Of a DNA stretch of 32,000 nt, positions 28,501-32,000 are shown one piece after another. Position numbers and translations under genes: made by a program. Source of the DNA: Pasteurella multocida (GTDB taxonomy: Bacteria; Pseudomonadota; Gammaproteobacteria; Enterobacterales; Pasteurellaceae). Numbering within the stretch: position 1 is the stretch's first letter; each line of letters begins with the position of its first letter. The stretch is taken from contig NZ_LT906458.1 in the NCBI RefSeq assembly GCF_900187275.1, forward strand, positions 1,320,001 to 1,352,000, written 5' to 3'. The notes beneath the pieces were generated by a model. It was not told the origin of the DNA. It did no database searches and worked only from the letters and a program-made list of their open reading frames with translations.

Positions 28501-28991
28501 TGTTCGGGGAAAAAATCTTGATAAAAAGCGACCGCACTTTCAATCTCAGCCGCATGACCTTTTAGTAATTTTTTACCCACATCACCATTGTGTCCCCCTG
28601 ACAGTACAATAATCCCTTCACGGTATTCAGCGAGCCAGGCTTGGTCTAGATAAGGGAGATCTTGATAACCTCGCTCATAGGCTTTAGAGAGCAGCAAAGT
28701 AATATTGTGATAGCCTATATTGTTCTTAGCCAGTAATGTCAGCTCAAAAGGTTCATCACCACAAAGTTCACTTCTCACCAGCACATCTGCTCCAATAATG
28801 GGTTTCACACCAGCAGATAATGCCTCGCCATAAAAGCGCACTAAACCACAAAAGTTAGTAAAGTCTGTTAAGCCCATTGCCACCATATGATTATCGACAC
28901 AGGCTTTAATTAATGGCTTGACTTTGGCAATCCCATTAATCATGGAAAAATCACTGTGAACGCGAAGGTGAACAAAACGGGGTTGAGACAT
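25512..28991 (-). CDS. dnaE: DNA polymerase III subunit alpha
   Basis: 1159 aa from [24 protein letters not shown] at 28991; the track ORF extends to 29075 but conserved sequence starts here. PHP domain, [30 protein letters not shown]. Confidence 0.97.
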   Translation of the reverse strand: MSQPRFVHLRVHSDFSMINGIAKVKPLIKACVDNHMVAMGLTDFTNFCGLVRFYGEALSAGVKPIIGADVLVRSELCGDEPFELTLLAKNNIGYHNITLLLSKAYERGYQDLPYLDQAWLAEYREGIIVLSGGHNGDVGKKLLKGHAAEIESAVAFYQDFFPEHFYLSLSRTGRYEEERYVSLALTLAEEKGLPVVATNDVLFLHEDDFEAHEIRVAIHDSYTLDDPKRPKLYTNQQYFRSEQEMCDLFADVPSALENTLLIAQRCNVTIRLGEYFLPQFPTGDLSTEDFLVKKSKEGLEERLKFLFPDEKVRQARRPEYDERLQVELDVINQMGFPGYFLIVMEFIQWSKDNDIPVGPGRGSGAGSLVAYALKITDLDPLEFDLLFERFLNPERVSMPDFDVDFCMDGRDRVIDHVAETYGRGAVSQIITFGTMAAKAVIRDVGRVLGHPYGFVDRISKLIPPDPGMTLAKAFAAEPQLQAVYDSDEEVKALIDMARKLEGVTRNAGKHAGGVVISPGLITDFSPLYCDSEGKHPVTHFDKNDVEYAGLVKFDFLGLRTLTIIKWALDMINTRLAKEGKPPVDIATIPLDDPASFELLKRSETTAVFQLESRGMKDLIKRLQPDCFEDIIALVALFRPGPLESGMVQNFIDRKHGNEVVAYPDPEYQHDSLKPILEPTYGVIVYQEQVMQIAQELAGYTLGGADLLRRAMGKKKPEEMAAQREIFEKGAIQKGVDGELAMKIFDLVEKFAGYGFNKSHSAAYALVSYQTLWLKTHYPAEFMAAVMTSEMDNTDKIVGLYDECLRMGLKVAPPDINTGKHHFSVNEHGEIVYGIGAIKGVGEGPIEALISAREQGGIFKDLFDLCARVDLKKINRRTFESLILSGAFDKLGPHRAALSKNLEDALKASDQHAKDAAMGQADMFGVLTESHEDVEKAYASTPRWSEKVILEGERETLGLYLSSHPISPYLKELAHYSATRLKDLVPNSRGQMSTVSGLLVSSRFAVTKKGNRLGIATLDDRSGRLDITLFGEALDKYADKLQKDTVIIVSGQVSFDEFSGGLKMSVRELMSLDEARSRYAKSLAICLSEENMKPTFIRELKALLTPYSGGTLPIYVYYASTAGQCRVKMGVQWSVNPTDQLFTELAEKLGENAVELEFQS
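28531..28539 (-). repeat. Uptake signal sequence core inside dnaE
   Basis: Exact ACCGCACTT. Confidence 0.85.
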
Positions 28992-29026
28992 AAAAAGTAT
29001 CCTTGAAAAGCATAAATTCAGGCAGA

Positions 29027-29035
29027 AAGTGCGGT
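29027..29035 (+). repeat. Uptake signal sequence core just upstream of dnaE
   Basis: Exact AAGTGCGGT. Confidence 0.85.
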
Positions 29036-29110
29036 CTATTTTAGCGAGATTTTGACAGTAGCACAAATTCAACAAATTGAGTCAACTATGTGGAGACCAT
29101 GCATAAAACG

Positions 29111-29136
29111 AAAAAGGCTTGGGTTGCCCCAAGCCT
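29111..29136 (-). terminator. Terminator of the catalase gene
   Basis: On the minus strand AGGCTTGGG-GCAA-CCCAAGCCT is followed by TTTT. Confidence 0.85.
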
Positions 29137-29160
29137 AATATTCATAAAGTTCAGAAGGTA

Positions 29161-30615
29161 TTATTTTGCTAAGTTTGCACGAATTGCATCTGCTAATTCT
29201 TTGCTCACTTTATCAAACAAGGCTAATTGTCTTTCAACGATTGCACTGTCTGTCACACCAGATAAACCGGCTGCGAAGTTTGCTGCCACACGTGCTTTTT
29301 GATCCGCATCGAATAAGTTGTAAAGTGCGGCAGGTTGTGTGTAGTAGTCTTCATCATACTCACGGAAGTTAAAGTGTGCTGCTGAACGTTCTAACTCTAA
29401 TGCAGGCTCTTGTTGGTGAGTCGGCACATAAGTATCAAAACGGTTCGGTGCATAGTTAGGGTGTGTACCACCATTGTTATCTACACGCATTGCGCCATCA
29501 CGGTGAGTGGTGTGGTATGGGCATTTTGGTGCGTTCACTGGGATTTGGTGATGGTTAACCCCTAAACGGTAACGTTGTGCGTCTTGGTATGAGAAAAGAC
29601 GACCTTGTAACATACGGTCTGGTGAGAAACCAATTCCCGGTACGATGTTAGAAGGTGCAAACGCAGCTTGTTCCACTTCTGCGAAGTAGTTAATTGGGTT
29701 TTGGTTTAACTCTAATACACCCACTTCGATCATCGGATAATCTTTGTGTGGCCATACTTTAGTTAAGTCAAACGCATAGTTATGTTTGTGTGCATCTGCT
29801 TCTGGCATGATTTGCACTTGAACATTCCAACGTGGGAATTCGCCACGCTCAATCGCTTCGTATAAATCTTGTTGGCTTGACTCACGGTTTTCACCCACCA
29901 CTTTAGCCGCTTCTTCATTAGTATAGAATTTGTGACCTTGTTGTGTTTTGAAGTGGAATTTCACCCAGAAACGCTCATTTTGTGCGTTAATAAAGCTATA
30001 TGTATGGCTACCGTAACCGTTCATATGACGTAAGTCAGTTGGAATACCACGATCACTGAAAAGAATCATGATTTGGTGTAATGATTCAGGGTGACGTGAC
30101 CAGAAATCCCATGCCGCGTTCGCATCACGCAAGTTAGTTTGTGGATTACGTTTTTGCGTATGAATGAAATCTGGGAATTTCAATGGATCACGGATAAAGA
30201 AGACTGGTGTGTTGTTACCCACTAAGTCCCAGTTACCTTGTTCAGTGTAGAATTTTAATGCGAAACCACGCACATCACGCTCAGCGTCTGCCGCACCGCG
30301 CTCACCCGCTACTGTTGAGAAACGTAATAAGACTTGTGTTTGTTTACCGATACCATTGAATAAATCCGCTTTAGTGTATTTGCTGATATCGTGTGTCACA
30401 GTGAATGTACCGTACGCTGCTGAACCTTTTGCATGAACAACACGCTCAGGAATACGCTCACGTGCAAAGTGTGCTAATTTCTCTTGGAACCAAACATCTT
30501 GTAAAAGTAATGGACCTTTAGGACCCGCAGACATGGTGTTGTCGTTTTCAACAATAGGTGCACCAGCTGCATTCGTTAAGGTTTTTGAACCATGGTCAAA
30601 TGGGCATTTAGACAT
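29161..30615 (-). CDS. katA: Catalase (monofunctional, heme)
   Basis: 484 aa; [96 protein letters not shown]. The symbol could equally be hktE. Confidence 0.96.
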   Translation of the reverse strand: MSKCPFDHGSKTLTNAAGAPIVENDNTMSAGPKGPLLLQDVWFQEKLAHFARERIPERVVHAKGSAAYGTFTVTHDISKYTKADLFNGIGKQTQVLLRFSTVAGERGAADAERDVRGFALKFYTEQGNWDLVGNNTPVFFIRDPLKFPDFIHTQKRNPQTNLRDANAAWDFWSRHPESLHQIMILFSDRGIPTDLRHMNGYGSHTYSFINAQNERFWVKFHFKTQQGHKFYTNEEAAKVVGENRESSQQDLYEAIERGEFPRWNVQVQIMPEADAHKHNYAFDLTKVWPHKDYPMIEVGVLELNQNPINYFAEVEQAAFAPSNIVPGIGFSPDRMLQGRLFSYQDAQRYRLGVNHHQIPVNAPKCPYHTTHRDGAMRVDNNGGTHPNYAPNRFDTYVPTHQQEPALELERSAAHFNFREYDEDYYTQPAALYNLFDADQKARVAANFAAGLSGVTDSAIVERQLALFDKVSKELADAIRANLAK

Positions 30616-30717
30616 AATAAAATTCCTCTCAAATAATAGAAATCGAAGATTCTGAATTTATGAACGGGATACTCCATTAGCGAGTAAATATCACTAGCTG
30701 AGTACCTTGTGGGCTCC

Positions 30718-30746
30718 ATTATATTTAGAAAAAAAACACTCGCAAT
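30718..30746 (-). promoter_or_regulatory. Putative katA promoter
   Basis: Minus strand: -10 TATAAT (complement of ATTATA, 30718-30723), 17-nt spacer, poor -35 ATTGCG (30741-30746). Confidence 0.6.
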
Positions 30747-30761
30747 CTATTATTTTGATAG
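30747..30761 (-). promoter_or_regulatory. OxyR-like central half-sites CTAT-N7-ATAG directly upstream of the katA -35
   Basis: CTATTATTTTGATAG matches the CTAT-N7-ATAG core of the ATAG-N7-CTAT-N7-ATAG-N7-CTAT OxyR consensus. The two outer half-sites match only 2/4 each. Confidence 0.5.
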
Positions 30762-31548
30762 AGAAAAGTAATTAAAAAGGAAATAACAAACAACGTAATA
30801 AATAAAACCTATTATGTGTAAACAAGTAAAACAGCACTGTCCTATCAAAGCTCAGACAGTTATTCACATAGCGTTCATTTTCGCGCAATAGCGACGGTTT
30901 TACCTATCACTCCTTTTCATACGGATTGCGTGGTGGTTAGTAGGAAATGTACTCCGTTATCCTATTAGCTGTCATTGTTTATACAAAATAAAGTAAACAA
31001 TGTGCTTGCTATAATATAAATAATCAAGAATACATTTAACCTATTTGGAAATAAAAATGGGCAAGCTATATAACAGAGAATATAGATTACAAAAATAAAT
31101 ACTTATTTTGCAGAACCAAGTGAAAACAAATATCATTATTTATGATAATGTTATTTTAAAGAAAGAAAATATTGCAATGAATGCACTATAACATTAAATA
31201 TCAAGGAAAGGAAAAGAAATAAAAATAGACATCACTGAAAAAGCAGATTTCTCTCTTTTTCTAAACAAATTTTCTCCGCAGCTATCACATTTCATCACAT
31301 CAGGTGTTATTTCGTTGTACTATCAGTATTACTCCTAACAATATCACTGCATAACAGGTTTCGCTATTTTTTATATGAGTGAATTCAGCTTGGAAAATAA
31401 TATTTCAACACATTGGATAAGCTGAAAAATAGCAAGATTAACTTATAAGGATACCTATTTCGATAGGTTTTACCTAACACAAAAAAATGCCAACGTGAAA
31501 TATTTTCTTGCGTAAAAGGCGCTTTACTCAGCTTATGAAGAAGTAAAA

Positions 31549-32000
31549 TCAGTTGTCGTCAACTAATGCCATAGCACAAGCATAAGCCGAACTCCATGCC
31601 CATTGAAAATTATAACCGCCTAACCAGCCAGTGACATCGAGCACTTCACCAATAAAATACAAGCCTTTTACGCTTTGTGCTTCCATGGTTTTCGACGAAA
31701 CAGCACGGGTATCCACCCCCCCCATAGTGACTTCCGCAGTACGATAACCTTCCGTCCCATTCGGTAAAAATTGCCAATGATGGATCAAATCGCTTAATTG
31801 CTGTAAACGGACTTTGCTGAGTTGTGCAATCGGCTCGTCTTGAATGAGTTGTTGTTCGCTCCAAACTTCGACTAATTTTTTAGGCAAGACTCTTGCTAAT
31901 GCATTTTTAAGCTGTAATTTAGGTGAAGTGGTACGTAATTGCTGCAAAAATTCCGCAATATCTTGAGGCAATAAATTAATCTCCACGGATTCGTTCGGTT
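31549..32000 (-). CDS. HI0933/YhiN-like FAD-dependent oxidoreductase (partial; N-terminus beyond window)
   Basis: C-terminal sequence NGTEGYRTAEVTMGGVDTRAVSSKTMEAQSVKGLYFIGEVLDVTGWLGGYNFQWAWSSAYACA. The frame stays open through position 32000; the track start at 31986 is an internal GTG. Confidence 0.88.
   Translation of the reverse strand, partial: PNESVEINLLPQDIAEFLQQLRTTSPKLQLKNALARVLPKKLVEVWSEQQLIQDEPIAQLSKVRLQQLSDLIHHWQFLPNGTEGYRTAEVTMGGVDTRAVSSKTMEAQSVKGLYFIGEVLDVTGWLGGYNFQWAWSSAYACAMALVDDN

Noticed and set aside
29293-29301. AAGTGCGGC near the 3' end of katA as an uptake signal
   Set aside because: One mismatch from the core; not counted among exact copies.
31057-31098. 13-codon mini-ORF ATGGGCAAGCTATATAACAGAGAATATAGATTACAAAAATAA in the katA-HI0933 gap
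   Set aside because: Has a plausible GGAA upstream but is too short to support without conservation or expression data.
31201-31338. Open frame with protein-like sequence DITEKADFSLFLNKFSPQLSHF...
   Set aside because: No ATG/GTG/TTG start within the frame before a stop. Mentioned only as a possible relic.
1-32000. CRISPR arrays, prophage/transposon, toxin-antitoxin, retron or restriction/defence genes
   Set aside because: Looked for spaced direct repeats, transposase/integrase/reverse-transcriptase motifs and small paired ORFs; none found. All large ORFs have housekeeping or transport assignments.

Overview
This 32 kb window looks like ordinary Pasteurellaceae core chromosome. Gene content and 13 exact copies of the AAGTGCGGT uptake-signal core support this; Pasteurella is my best guess for genus, by inference. 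From left to right it carries: menD (partial) and menF; alaA; a Fur-type fbpABC ferric-iron importer; fadR/nhaB/dsbB; mltF with a 48-aa basic small ORF just downstream that is missing from the supplied ORF track; a MarC-family protein; gdhA; a likely iron/heme cluster (HugZ/HutZ-like protein, SbmA/YddA-like ABC protein, TonB-dependent receptor); an exported MBL-fold protein; a YafJ-like amidotransferase; sdaC and sdaA; a DUF1287 protein overlapping dnaE; catalase; and the C-terminal part of an HI0933-like flavoprotein. I found no CRISPR array, transposon, prophage, tRNA/rRNA or defence island, and no convincing evidence of a wholly new system. The observations most worth following up are: (1) the 7x GTGTCC hexamer tract encoding a (Gly-His)7 tail on the HugZ/HutZ-like protein; (2) the unlisted 48-aa Lys/Arg-rich ORF after mltF; (3) stacked inverted repeats and a repeated TTTATGCTA 9-mer upstream of sdaC; (4) Fur-like and OxyR-like sites placed on plausible promoters; (5) paired uptake signals used as terminator hairpins.
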